DNA of 64,000 nt. Origin: Penicillus capitatus. Taxonomy: Eukaryota > Plantae > Chlorophyta. This document shows positions 38,501 to 51,016 of the stretch, in pieces (positions within the stretch are counted from its first letter, which is position 1; each line of letters opens with the position of its first letter). The stretch spans positions 124,001 through 188,000 of the forward strand of contig OZ287700.1 in the NCBI GenBank assembly GCA_965649825.1, read 5' to 3'. A program made the position numbers and the translations under genes. The notes under the pieces were generated by a model that saw nothing but the letters and a program-made list of their open reading frames with translations, was not told where the DNA came from and did no database searches.

Positions 38501-41500
38501 AGAGGCTCTTCCCGTCGAATCGAGTTTCATTCAACCACATGGCGCCGCCGTTCTTGGATCTTCCATACTTCAGCGTGGAGTACTTCATATAGACGGTGCT
38601 GTTTGCCGCTGCAAGCAAACCGCCAGAACTGGCAGCCCGTCCTTTGGATACTGTTGAACGTGAGACGTTCAACGTTGAGTTGTTCGCGAAAATGCAGCCA
38701 CCATACAGCCCGGCACTGTTGTCTGTCGCAGTCGTGTCGACGAAGACCGTCGACGAGTGATACGCGCGTATGAATCCTCCCGCATTCGTAGCGTTGTTCT
38801 TGACAGCCGTTGTCCGATTCAACGTCACACTGGAGATCCAGAGCGAAATTGCGCCGCCGTTAGCTGCTTCATTCCCCGTCGCCGTCGTTCTGTTAAGACT
38901 CGCCGTCGCCGTGTACATGTTCAAGAAACCTCCGTCATCTCCAGCACTGTTGTCTGTCGCCGTCGTTCTGTCAAGACTCGCTGTCGAATTGTCCATATTC
39001 ATGAAGCCTCCGTCTTCTCCGGCACTGTTGTTTCTCGCACTTGTCTCAGACAACGTCGCGCTTGAGTTCACCAGTCGAATGCAGCCACCATACAGCCCGG
39101 CACTGTTGTCTGTCGCAGTCGTGTCGACGAAGACCGTCGACGAGTGATACGCGCGTATGAATCCTCCCGCATTCGTAGCGTTGTTCTTGACAGCCGTTGT
39201 CCGATTCAACGTCACACTGGAGATCCAGAGCGAAATTGCGCCGCCGTTAGCTGCTTCATTCCCCGTCGCCGTCGTTCTGTTAAGACTCGCCGTCGCCGTG
39301 TACATGTTCAAGAAACCTCCGTCATCTCCAGCACTGTTGTCTGTCGCCGTCGTTCTGTCAAGACTCGCTGTCGAATTGTCCATATTCATGAAGCCTCCGT
39401 CTTCTCCGGCACTGTTGTTTCTCGCACTTGTCTCAGACAACGTCGCGCTTGAGTTCACCAGTCGAATGCAGCCACCATACAGCCCGGCACTGTTGTCTGT
39501 CGCAGTCGTGTCGACGAAGACCGTCGACGAGTGATACGCGCGTATGAATCCTCCCGCATTCGTAGCGTTGTTCTTGACAGCCGTTGTCCGATTCAACGTC
39601 ACACTGGAGATCCAGAGCGAAATTGCGCCGCCGTTAGCTGCTTCATTCCCCGTCGCCGTCGTTCTGTTAAGACTCGCCGTCGCCGTGTACATGTTCAAGA
39701 AACCTCCGTCATCTCCAGCACTGTTGTCTGTCGCCGTCGTTCTGTCAAGACTCGCTGTCGAATTGTCCATATTCATGAAGCCTCCGTCTTCTCCGGCACT
39801 GTTGTTTCTCGCACTTGTCTCAGACAACGTCGCGCTTGAGTTCACCAGTCGAATGCAGCCACCATACAGCCCGGCACTGTTGTCTGTCGCAGTCGTGTCG
39901 ACGAAGGCCGTCGACGAGTGATACGCGCGTATGAATCCTCCCGCATTCGTAGCGTTGTTCTTGACAGCCGTTGTCCGATTCAACGTCACACTGGAGATCC
40001 AGAGCGAAATTGCGCCGCCGTTAGCTGCTTCATTCCCCGTCGCCTTCGTTCTGTTAAGACTCGCCATCGACGCGTCCATACTCAAGAAGCCTCCGTCTTC
40101 TCCGGCACTGTTGTGGCTTGCGTTTGTTTCAGACAGTGTCACGTTCGACTTCACCAGTCGAATACAGCCACCATGTTTCTCGGCTCTGTTGTTGACGGCA
40201 ATAATCCGACTCGACGTAGCATTGGAGATCCAGAGCGAAATTGCGCCGCCGTTAGCTGCTTCATTCCCCGTCGCCTTCGTTCTGTTAAGACTCGCCATCG
40301 ACGCGTCCATATTCATGAAGCCTCCGTCTTCTCCGGCACTGTTGTTTCTCGCACTTGTCTCAGACAACGTCGCGTTTGAGTTCACCAGTCGAATGCAGCC
40401 ACCATACCTCTCAGCTCTGTTGCCCATTACAGTAGTCGTCGTGAATTCAAGTTCAGTGTTCACAGCGAAAACACAACCGCCATCCAGCTTGGCGATGTTG
40501 TTCCTAGCCTTCACTTGTTCGAACTTGGCTGTCGAGTCCGATACGCAGCTGAAGCCTCCACCCTGGTCAGCGGCATTTCCAACGAACTCTGAGCCGCTCA
40601 CTGTAAATTTCGACTCTTCGGCGTAAAGACAGGATCCCCAAGTGCCCTTGTTTTTTGCAAATTTGGACTCGGCGATCGCTGCCGATGACTGGACCAGGTG
40701 AATGCAAGTGCCGTTGCCAGCTTCTTTCTCAGTATTCAGTTGATTGTGGTCAAAGGACGCGTTGGACAACGAAAGGGCACCATCACGGATCTGGATAACA
40801 GTGAGGCTGTTATCGGCAGCCTCCAGACCTTCAATCGCTGTGTTGGACGACGTGGAAGCGAACAGGAGGCTCGGGAATCCATCAACGGAGTCGGCCAAAC
40901 GATTCCTCAGCAATCTGATGCCCTCTATTCGGTTCTTCGTTCTGAGTAGAACACCACAGGCTTCGCGCGAGCAGACGTTGTCTGAGATCTCGACGTCGCG
41001 CATCTTCAGCTCAGAGCAGGAAGGGCTCGTCACGCGGAGCGCGGATGCCCCGCTGAGTTCGTTGTTTCGAAAGGCGACGTGGTGCAGCGCCACGAGGCCA
41101 GGCTTTCTCTCGGAACCGCATGCCGAGACTTCGACGATTGCCTGAGCTCCGCGTTCCGACTTAAACGCGCATTCTTCGACAGCGATGTTGGCGAAGACCA
41201 CGTTGTCCGCTCTGAACACACGACGTTCCGCAGAGCGGCAGACTGAGAAATCCTTACCGTGAAAGGAAAAGGCCGTCGTCTTCTTGGGGACACGTGAATC
41301 TCGCTTTCGTCGCGGACAGTGGGAACGCAGAGTCGACGCGACGGGGGTTCTCGACGTATGCGCTGAGTGTAAGATTCCAGGGTAGGGTGACCCGCGACGA
41401 CGGTCGAATCATCTTTGTGGTGTTGAACAGGATGACGTCACCGTTATTCGTGCAGTTGACTATGGACTGCAAATCGTTGGCGACAGCCGCGAGGCCGTCG

Positions 41501-42022
41501 TCGTCTATCAACCATACCCCGCTGTCCGCGGACAAGTGAAGGGGTTTCACATCTTCGTCCTCCAAGGAGCACTTGAAATCTGCAGAGGGCAGAATGCCGC
41601 TACTCGTCACCTTCCGCGAAAAATAAGACGTACCAGAGAGTTGTTCTCTTTCGGTGAGCGCGTCGGTCTGCAACAAGACGCGCGTTTCTTTTGTTTCCTG
41701 TGAGTGAATGCGTTGGACAGTTCGTGCGTGTAGGGTGTCTTGACGCCGTACTGCAGCTGTGTCCGTTTTTCCGTCTTCGGCTTTCACGAAGATGCGAGCA
41801 GGATTCGTCGAGGGCGGCGTTTGTTTCGTGTTCCCGGAGCCTAAGATGCGATGAACTCGTCGACTAAAGTTGACAGAGGCGGATAGCGGTAACGTCACCA
41901 GAAGATGTTTCTACTAACGAGAGCCGACTGGATCGTTTCGAATGCTCTAAGAGACCGGGATGAACCGCACGCGTGCTAACACAGCCGCACAGCAGCAACA
42001 GTAGACGTACAAAGTTTCGCAT
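35564..42022 (-). CDS. Large secreted/membrane adhesin-like protein: signal peptide, Pmp-type beta-helix repeats, Cys-rich region, multi-TM C-terminus
   Basis: MRNFVRLLLLLCG signal; many GG(A/C/F)I...N.A repeats of 25-26 aa; CKPCPENADC..GYWH..C; several hydrophobic helices in 35564-37131; only ~5-6 introns. Confidence 0.8.
38692..40043. repeat. Intragenic tandem array, 387-bp period (129 aa = five beta-helix rungs), ~3.5 near-identical copies
   Basis: ATGCAGCCACCATACAGCCCGG recurs at 38692, 39079, 39466 and 39853; duplicated ORFs in the track recur every 387 bp. Confidence 0.97.
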
Positions 42023-43689
42023 CGTCGAACACTGGACGAACCACATGTGCATCGGCGAATTGTTCGCTTAAAACATGCGCGACAACCTACTAGGCAAGTC
42101 TGTGGCTGATGTGCTTTTCCAGCGCTTGGCATGGAGAATGTCAATTCTATTACTATCATTCAAATCTGAGGACATTCTTTGCTCTTATCTTTGAATGGAT
42201 GGTTTGTCTGTACACATCACGTGCTACCTCTTGGTTAAGTCATGTTTACACGTCAAGTTTGACAGCAGTGACCAAAGAGCAAACAGCTCTGTCATGCAGA
42301 GTGTGGACCTACCTTCGGAATAATGGTCTAAAACACAATAGAAATGGTTCGCTTGATCGACAGGATGCCGATATAAAGATGGTCTGTCCAGTACGATATG
42401 CGGCGGTACACTGGAGGGAGTGATAGGTTTGAAGGATCTGCATGACACGGGACCGTTTCAATATCAACAACCAGCTATTCAAGGGATGCCGTTTCTATTT
42501 GTGACAGACACCCTCGACGACTTTGATCGATAACGAAGGATACTGATTCCAGCCTGCTTTTTCCACAGATTGAGAAAATCGCTAAACTGCATGTTCGGTT
42601 CTTAAAGGCTCTGCTGAAAACCATCGATCACTGGAGTCCAATAATGCTGCGACTGTTGCCGAAACCGCACTGGATCTCACATCAACAGCGCGGAGCATAC
42701 TAAAGGTAGGAGAGTATGTGCTCACCCATCCCTAAACGCATCTCATTACGATCGCGACTACACAAGCATGCAGTTTACACGGTGACATACCTAGTCAGAT
42801 CGGTACACGACTGATTATTCATTGAATGCGACGTCATGAGCAAAGAGTAGTAGTCTGCGAGTCTTACCTGTTTGGACTACAGACATGCGTGATCTTTTCG
42901 GGCCTCTGTACGAGGAACGCCACCAGAGTTAATCCCAGATCGAGTCCACACGAGGCACCTGCTGTTGTTTGAGTCGAGTAATGGCGAATGGCAATTTTCG
43001 GCGTCAGCTTATCGGTCCGGAGTCTTCTCAAGGTATCGAATCCACGAATTCCGGCTCTAACGGACGCGTGGATGACGTCTGTATGATTACATTTCACACA
43101 TGACTCAGTAAATCACAAAGTACACTTCCTAGCGCGTAAAAAGTAGAGGGAGGGCCAACAATAGGCAGGCATGAACTCTTGGGAACCGAACTGTCTTTGG
43201 CATTTGACATCTCTCCTTAATGACCTCGAAATATCACACAAAAGACGACCCAGTTCAGATTCCGGGTAGCTTCTTTTTCGACGTGCTAGTATAGAGGATG
43301 TCGCATTCGTGATCTGCTGAACGTTTTCTTTTCCTCCGAAATCTGCGACGAAAACTCCTCCCTTCTTAAGAGCTCCCGCGACATCTGGACCCTCGTCATC
43401 AGATCGTCGCTAAAATGGTCGCCTCAAGAGTGCGTTGTGTGCTCTATAGACGAAGCGGCCGGGATCCTAGCTCATCCAATGCAGCGCTGCGTTGGAGAAC
43501 ACACCAAGGTAGCCCACTCGCGTAGCGACACATCCGGATCGTTCGTAAACGAAGGCCCACCTTTAAAGCCGGGAAATAGTAAAGACTCCTCCTTCCTAGT
43601 GTAACGGCGAGGCCCATCACGATATCGTAAAATCGGACGCCATCGGACGTCGGACCTTCAACGTCGATGTCAAACTCGGAACCCGACTA

Positions 43690-44264
43690 ATCATGAAAAA
43701 CGGAGAAACAGGTTGTCCGTATAATGCTCTCAATCTTTGCATGGAGACTCTCGAGGCTATGGGTCGATTCTTTATTATCGTTGGCGTGGATCGATTCCTT
43801 CTCGAGAACAGTCTTGTTGTTCTTCGTCTTCGACAACTTCAGAAAGTTTCCAAAGTGTCCCGTCCAGAGTATCTTCATCGAACCTGTAATCTGTTCGTTG
43901 CCTTTGGATGTAACTGTTGCCAATTGCATGCTCTCCGCAACCATGAATGCCTCACAGAAGTCCATTGGAGACAGTCCTTCTCCGAAACGAGATCCAGTGT
44001 ATAATAGAGAAGAGTGCTAAGAAGTATTGTACTAGAAGGATGGCAAGCTTCAGTGTCAGACTTACATATTGCTATGAAGGACCTGAGACTGATACCGACT
44101 GGAAAGACCCAAACGCTTTCGGTCCAGAAAGGTGCATACGGCGATCTCTAATGTGGGCAATCAACGGGTCTCAGAAACTGTGCGAGGAACAGAAATCGGC
44201 GATGCTCGAAATGTGCCTTTTCGTTATTCTGCTCCTGAAAAAATCAAAAGCACTTACTGGTTGA
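43690..44264 (+). pseudogene. Cytochrome P450 C-terminal pseudogene fragment
   Basis: K-helix C-METL[+1 nt]RLW at ~43738-43762; WKDPNAFGPER at 44100-44132; heme motif GLRNCA[frameshift]QKSAMLEM at 44167-44213. Canonical order, frameshifted. Confidence 0.65.
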
Positions 44265-44476
44265 TACATTTCAGAATTTGATTGACAACGTTGTTACGAG
44301 TGCGTTATTGAACGGCAAATGCGGTGTCTAGATCAACATGCTGCCGAGGGAAACATCCTGTTGACTCTTATTATCTCCGGATTTCGGCAACAGTTCGAGA
44401 TGTTTCCCATATCGAAGGCAGTCTAATTGGAAAGCGATCTCAGTAGTGGCCATCGAAACCTACATGATCACTGACG

Positions 44477-45064
44477 TCATAAACCTCTTCCGTCATCTTC
44501 ATCCGAAGTCGGGAAAACCGCTCCCGCTTCCACTCCTCTGCATACAGATAAGAAATGTTCAACTTTGAACACGTTCAGATTCCTGAGCATCACGTCGAGG
44601 GCGACCCGTTCCTTTCGAACTCCCCAGTTCAATTTCCCATTCCTGTTGCAAAGCGTTTTCCAGATCGATGACGACAACGACCTCTTTCACACTGTACCCA
44701 CTCTCTCCATAAATAAATGTCTCATAGAGATCGAATCCCTCCGCCAGAACGACGCTTCGGTGCTGAAGGCGCGATCGAATTGCTCTACTCGTCGTGTTCT
44801 TTCCTTCAAGAATCTCTGCAGATACGTGGGCGAGACGAGAAGGACATCAGGGTTGACGAACTTCCGTTCATTATACTCGCCACAAACAAACGTATCTAAC
44901 ACACATAGAACTTCAAGCAGGGATCGTAGTCCGTTAAGCGTCGATCTCTTTTTTTGACACACATGAGGTCTAACTGAGCGTCGTATCGAAGAAGACAGCC
45001 CCGGGATGTTTTTCCAGATTGCTTGTAGCTCAGGCGTAGGTCGCCTTTTGCCGAGAGCCTTCAT
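44477..45064 (-). pseudogene. Degenerate member D of the XPA-like family
   Basis: Three frames stitch to KERTRR..., RSVVLAEGFDLYETFIYGESGYSVKEVV and VFKVEHFLSVCRGVEAGAVFP, matching the C-termini of members C and E; at least 2 frameshifts. Confidence 0.7.
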
Positions 45065-45608
45065 ACGTGCCTCGCTGAATGGAGGAAACAGCTAAACCAA
45101 GTCAGCAAACTGTACGACAAGAATGTGGTCTGTCATTGAACTTACGATTCACCGAAAAATGATAGTGATTGACGGATTCATATCTGCGGTATGCGCAAGT
45201 CTGCTGTCCCATTACGACACGGTGTCTAGAGAAAGGAAATCTGCAACGTAAAAGCATGCATCCGGCCGATATTGACAGCGAGACATACTGATTCTGCTTT
45301 TACCGTTCCGACTGGACCGTAAGCCCAAGTAAACGAAACAGACGCCATTTAACAAAGAGCTCATCAGATGTGACTGTAGGTTTAAATGCAGAAATTGTGC
45401 TTTCCTTTTGAACGTATTGATAGCAACGACCAACTACAGAAGGAATGTCTTCCGCAAAATAACTTCCATCGTGTCTAGCAGATTAAGCAACAGACATCAA
45501 AAGAAACAAAAGTGCAATGCGACTCTTTCCAGCGTGTTTGACAGAATAAGCGGCAGATGAGTGACGAAAGACGAAACGAAATAATATGACTGACGTGACT
45601 TAATGCGT

Positions 45609-46575
45609 TCAGCGCTGCATTGACTGGACAGATGTCGCTTCGAGCAATCCATTGCGAATCTGAGCAGAGATATCTCCAATGGTTCCTGGCTGATGTGGCA
45701 CGAAAACTGTGCTGTTTCGAGAGGACATGCCAACATCTTTCAGTGTGTCGAAGTACTGTGTCATCAGCATCATGGACAGGATCTCCTGATTGTTGATGTT
45801 CTGAACTTGGGACGAAAACTCCACCACCGATTCTCGCAAACCGGCAACGATGGCCTGTCTCTGACGCGCAATACCCTGACCGGCTAAGAACTTCGCCTCC
45901 GCCTCTGCTTCGGCCGCCTTGACGACAGTGACCTTTTCAGCTTCTGCCTTTTCCACTGCTGCCGCTCGGAGACGGGTTGCTGCATTGATCTCATTCATGG
46001 CATCCTTGACTTTGCGTGCGGGTTCGATGTCTGTGACGAGTGTCTGGACGATGGCAAAGCCAAACGACCCCATGCTCTTCGTCAGTTCTTGCTTGATGTC
46101 TTGTGCAATCTCTTCTTTGCTCACGAAGACATCGTCTAGGTTCATTTTGGGCACCGTCGAACGCACCACATCGAACACGTAACTGCGAATCTGCGAGGTC
46201 GAATCTGTGAGTTTGTAAAACGCGTCGTAGACGTTCTCCTTCAACACCTGTCACGCACACGAAGGTCACAGAGGTTCTTATTCGTGTTTCCGTTGAGATG
46301 TGCCTGGTACTGGACGGACACCACGAGGTTAACGAAAACGTTATCTCGGGTCTTGGTCTCCACGGAGACGTCCAGTTGCTGGATGCGCATGTTCAGTCTT
46401 CCAGCCACAAGTTCCCCTGTGCGTATTCTTGTGACGTGGGCAAGAAGCTGTTAGGAATCTGACCGCATGGAAGCCATATGCAGTTGAAACCGGGATAGGC
46501 GACGCGGGCGAATTTGCCGAACTGTTCGATCACTTCGATGGAGCCTTGGTCAACGCAGGAAAAACAAGCGCCCAT
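45609..46575 (-). CDS. HIR: Band-7/SPFH hypersensitive-induced-reaction (HIR)-like protein, copy 1
   Basis: [22 protein letters not shown]; [11 protein letters not shown]; [22 protein letters not shown]; [11 protein letters not shown]; TQYFDTLK. 3 exons, intron 2 GC-AG. Confidence 0.92.
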
Positions 46576-48285
46576 GTCGACAAAATGTAAAGTCGCACCG
46601 GAAATCCGTCAAAGTCGCCTCGTACCATGCCATGCCTCGATGACGACGGGATGTCGTACGGATGGATAGCTTGCTGCCACCGTCGAAGACGTATTGATGG
46701 TTCTGAGGGTTTTATTGTTCCCTATTCGTTCTTCATTCGCCTTTCCATCTTGTTTCATCGGGACACTGGACTGACTTCGCAAATCATGCATGAGTTGCCA
46801 GTCATGCACTCTGTTCGATGTCATTTCTAGCGCACTCTCATCATCCGTCGACTATCAGCATTCTTGGTTGCCCTCACGATTCTGGAATGAACCAACATCA
46901 ATTGCAGCAGCTGCTGTTGGCGTTTTGCAATCTTTGAACCTGATGAATATTTAGGAGTTTCAATCTAGGTAGTCTCTTTTACTTCTCTGTGAATCTTTCG
47001 ACCAACAGAGTCAGGCAGTTTTCTGTACGAACAACACAAATGTTTAGCCAACTCTCGCTAACGTCCCTATGCTTGTTGGTTTTCTCAGTTAAAGTCGACA
47101 TTGAAGATCCGAGTTACCGTCTTGGCGTTACAGTATCTGTCTAAACAGTGAATTAACTCTTGATCTCGACAACGATCTGGTTATTCGAGCGAAATGGCTG
47201 TTTATTGCGAGTTCTGTAGTGAAAGATAATGTCTTGCTGTTTTATACAGTTAAACATGCCAATCTGTTTTTAGATTAATCATCTAGAATTAACGAGTTGT
47301 CAGCTAGTAGGCTTGAATTCTCTTCTTTGATTTCTTGAAACGAAGACACACCAATTTAGTGTAGACGCGTGGATGGACGTGTCGAGCAGCAAACAGAAAT
47401 GATTACAGGAAACCTACGGTACAAATTGGAAACTTTGAGAGTGCCCTCTAAGGTGATTGTGGTCATGGTGCTATTGACAGACATACAGACATCCAGGAAC
47501 ACTGTCTTTCGACAGAGGCTGTTTGGCTCTTGTGTGCCGAACACACCCCTTCTTACATGAGGAAATAGCTACAAAAGGGGGTTAAACAACCATGCACTGG
47601 TTCATTAGACAGCTAGCTCAAAACAATGCGTTAACGGAAAAGGCCGTTGCTTCTTATTAAGTATCTTTATCGGAGTAGTCGCCTTAAACACTAAGTCCCC
47701 GAAGGTTCTTCGCAATGAGCCAGCTTCACCTCAAAGTCGTCAACTGAGGCATCGACCCGTCGAACGTGTTTTGTTTTGTCCAACGTCTTCGTCGATACCT
47801 CCACAACTCGTATTAGTTAGAAAATAAGACAGGAAGCTCGTGATCCGCTTACTGTTGGAACATGGGTTCCAAATCACGAATGGTTTATTTTCTCACGAAG
47901 TTTGTCTTTAAAATAAGCAACGCGGACCGGTGCTTGGCACACTTCAGCATTAGAAAAAACCCGCAACGTGAGAGAAATAGGTGCTGAAGTATCTCGTCGA
48001 CGAACTTCGAATTTGCTAGTAACTTAAGGAAAGCTAGATATAGTAAGCTAGCTTTGAACCTCTTTCTGCGGAGTTTGTATATAGGTAAGATAGAAACATA
48101 CAATGCAGAGAAGCATGCAGATGCTGAAGTGGGTTGTGATACTACGCAAAACAGTCACTGTCGGCTAAAAAAAGAGTTAGATGTAGAGTACATACGTAGG
48201 TTAAAACGAGGCACCTTATGGAGCAGACAAAAATAAAGAAGCGTTATACAATGATAGTAAAAACTGTCTAGTGTACGAATGAAGT

Positions 48286-48719
48286 GCGATTGATGTTTGG
48301 TGATGGGCAAAAACATCACTCAGGTCGGATCGACAGGCGTCAAGAAGTCGTCGGCGAAGTCGTCACGGACGCGCGGTGGACGGCTGACAAAGTCGTCAAG
48401 AAGTCGTCGGCAGCCGTGGCCGGACGTGCGTGGGGCAGAGGACGCGGATACGGCGAATAGGGTGCGCATATGTTGGAGACAGCGTCTTCTCGACTGTGGG
48501 GATCGACCCGAAGCGGATGGTGCAGTTGGCCAGTTCGAGAAGTACGACCGCGGGGGTTCGATTCCTGCGCCGGACACAGAGGAGGGTAGTCCCATCAGAG
48601 TTGACCCGGATGTGTCTGGCGAGCCCGCGCCGAGTTGGATGGGTTACGGCGGGGAAAGGACAACGTCGAGCCAGTTCGGGGGCCGACGATGGAGTCACCA
48701 CCCGGACAAAAACTTTTGT
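48286..48719 (+). ncRNA. Candidate structured Pol III-like ncRNA / SINE-like element, copy 1 (293-nt conserved core 48427-48719)
   Basis: Inverted copy at 50584-51016; A-box-like TGGTGCAGTTGG 48518-48529; B-box GGTTCGATTCC 48555-48565; TTTT at 48714-48717; several hand-found helices. Confidence 0.5.
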
Positions 48720-50583
48720 TTTTTGGTTTCTAAGTATTCTTACATGCCGAAAATCGAATCAGACCTGTCGGTCTTTTTTCGCGAAATCGTCGAAGTGAAT
48801 GCATTGGAGTTTTCGAAACCTGGATTTACTACACGAGTTCAGATCCTTACAGTTATATTATCTGCGAAAACAAGGCCGGAAAGCAGCAATCTGCGCACAG
48901 AGACTCTAACTTCGACAAGTTCCGTAGCTTTCGTGCAAAGTATTCTTTAGGTTAACGGAAATAGCATGCCGACTCATTTCTTGAAAAGCGTCTCCGTACT
49001 CAGACGGCGTACAAAAAGAGCTAACTCAATGTTGATTACATGCTACTGTCCCTTTGAGTCCATTCTGTCTTTTCGCTATACTCACCTGTTGTCTTGCGAC
49101 GTCGCAGAAGCGGCAAAGCAAAACGCACATCGAATCAGCGAATGACGCAGGCTTTTGCCTACGAGCTCGTCTAGAATTGTGCTCTGTGGATCCCTCACTT
49201 CGCCAATTGGCGAGGCACCACCGACGGAAAGTGAGCACCCAAAAGAAGCCGCGGTAACTCGGTGGACGAGGCTGCCTCAACCGCCCTCCGTGCCAGTTTC
49301 GGGTTAAGGTTGTCCATCGACGTCACAGAAAAAGAGTTGCAGCATCTGATGCTTCTTCGCATTCAATATGTCGTCCAGCCGCAATCCAAATTACCAGGAA
49401 ACACCCGTCCTTCCGAATGCTCGTTTCGCCACGTTTGCTACCTTTTTGCTTTGCTTCGACTGTCCAAGCAATCGGCGTGTCTCTCGGAATAGTCAAGGAG
49501 AATGACCTTTCTGACGACACCCATCTGGACGACACGGCTGCCTTTCATGCGCATTCGACCGACATTTCGACGCGACAGCGTACTAAACGCCTGCGTGGCT
49601 TCATATGACTTCTTTGCGACACCATTCTCTCGCACAGTCGACTTCCTCGCCGATTCAGTTACCGGCATTATCCTATCGATCGTTGCGCACTCTATCTCCT
49701 TCAGATGAGATGACATCTGCCGTGGTTTCTAGAGATTGAACTGGCCGCGTGCTTCATGAGAAATCGCTATCTGCGCGCTAAACCTGTCGACGTCCGTGAC
49801 CAAGTGGATGTCTGCCTGTCCGCTTTAGGGAAAAGATCGTGTAACAGACACAATTCATTTACGAACGTGCTGGTAGTGGCAGTCGTGGCCTAAGGCAGCC
49901 GTGATTGATTGCATCATCGCCCATCCAAAGCATTTCTCTTCGTTCAGCGAAGGACCGAACCTCTTTCATTACTTTAACAAGTTTGCATTTCGCCGAACAC
50001 GCAATCGGTCAATTTTCTTGTGGCCTATTGTTTCCGTTGGCCGTTGCAATTAAGTTGCAGATGCCAAGGAGATCGACGCATTTAAGAGAGAAGGATTTCG
50101 AGAGGATCTTTACAGACACTTTAAGTCTTTAAAAACACAAGTTGCAGCAACACAACAGATGACTCAGGACAATTGGAAGCATGACATTGGTTTGTAAAAG
50201 ATTGTAATCGTATGAGTTCTCAGACACAACAAGAGTGTCGTTCGTCTGTTTTGTGTCATTCGTAATTTATAAAAAGAATAGGAAAAAGACAGGCAGTCTC
50301 GCGAGATGCTAAAAAAGAAAGCGCGAGGCGCATTTGAGTTAAACAAAGAGCTGCCGACATAGTGGAACAGTTCGAAATCACGTGAAACTTTTCAAGATGA
50401 GCAACCTATCATACGGACTCATGCAGCAGCTTAAAAATAGGTTAAACTGGTCAATAATACAGCGTAAAAACAGCATATGTGGTCACAGTGACCAAAAAAC
50501 CGGTCTGCCGAACCTGCAATTTCGTGAGATATGGTCGCGTTTTCCTCGGTTTTGGCCACCTAAAAGGGTCAAAGGAGAAGTGG

Positions 50584-51016
50584 ACAAAAGTTTTTGTCCG
50601 GGTGGTGACTCCATCGTCGGCCCCCGAACTGGCTCGACGTTGTCCTTTCCCCGACGTAACCCATCCAACTCGGCGCGGGCTCGCCAGACACATCCGGGTC
50701 AACTCTGATGGGACTACCCTCCTCTGTGTCCGGCACAGGAATCGAACCCCCGCGGTCGTACTTCTCGAACTGGCCAACTGCACCATCCGCTTCGGGTCGA
50801 TCCCCACAGTCGAGAAGACGCTGTCTCCAACATATGCGCACCCTATTCGCCGTATCCGCGTCCTCTGCCCCACGCAAGTCCGGTCACGGCTGCCGACGAC
50901 TTCTTGACGACTTTGTCGGCAGTTCACCGCACGTCCGTGACGACTTCGCCGACGACTTCTTGACGCCTGTCGATCCGACCTGCGTGATGTTTTGCCTACC
51001 GTCAAACATCAATCGC
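50584..51016 (-). ncRNA. Same element, copy 2 (inverted)
   Basis: Reverse complement differs from copy 1 by 2 substitutions over the 293-nt core and ~12 differences over the 5' ~140 nt. Confidence 0.5.

Noticed and set aside
38757-40626. Repeated plus-strand ORFs (102/125/231 aa)
   Set aside because: Antisense frames of the adhesin tandem array.
48511-48577. Functional tRNA gene
   Set aside because: A/B boxes and a T-loop are present, but spacing is ~7 nt short, with no acceptor stem and no anticodon arm.
48297-48950. 217-aa ORF (and sister ORFs in other frames) over the repeat
   Set aside because: Low-complexity, no domain; the two copies do not share start or stop, and substitutions show no consistent codon-position bias.
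49262-49708. Frame interrupted by one TAG in the centre of the inverted duplication (possible recombinase or TE relic)
   Set aside because: No recognisable catalytic motif; cannot be supported without a search.
50705-50750. Hammerhead ribozyme (CTGATGG...GAAC)
   Set aside because: Core deviates from CUGANGA/GAAA, and stems I and III could not be formed.
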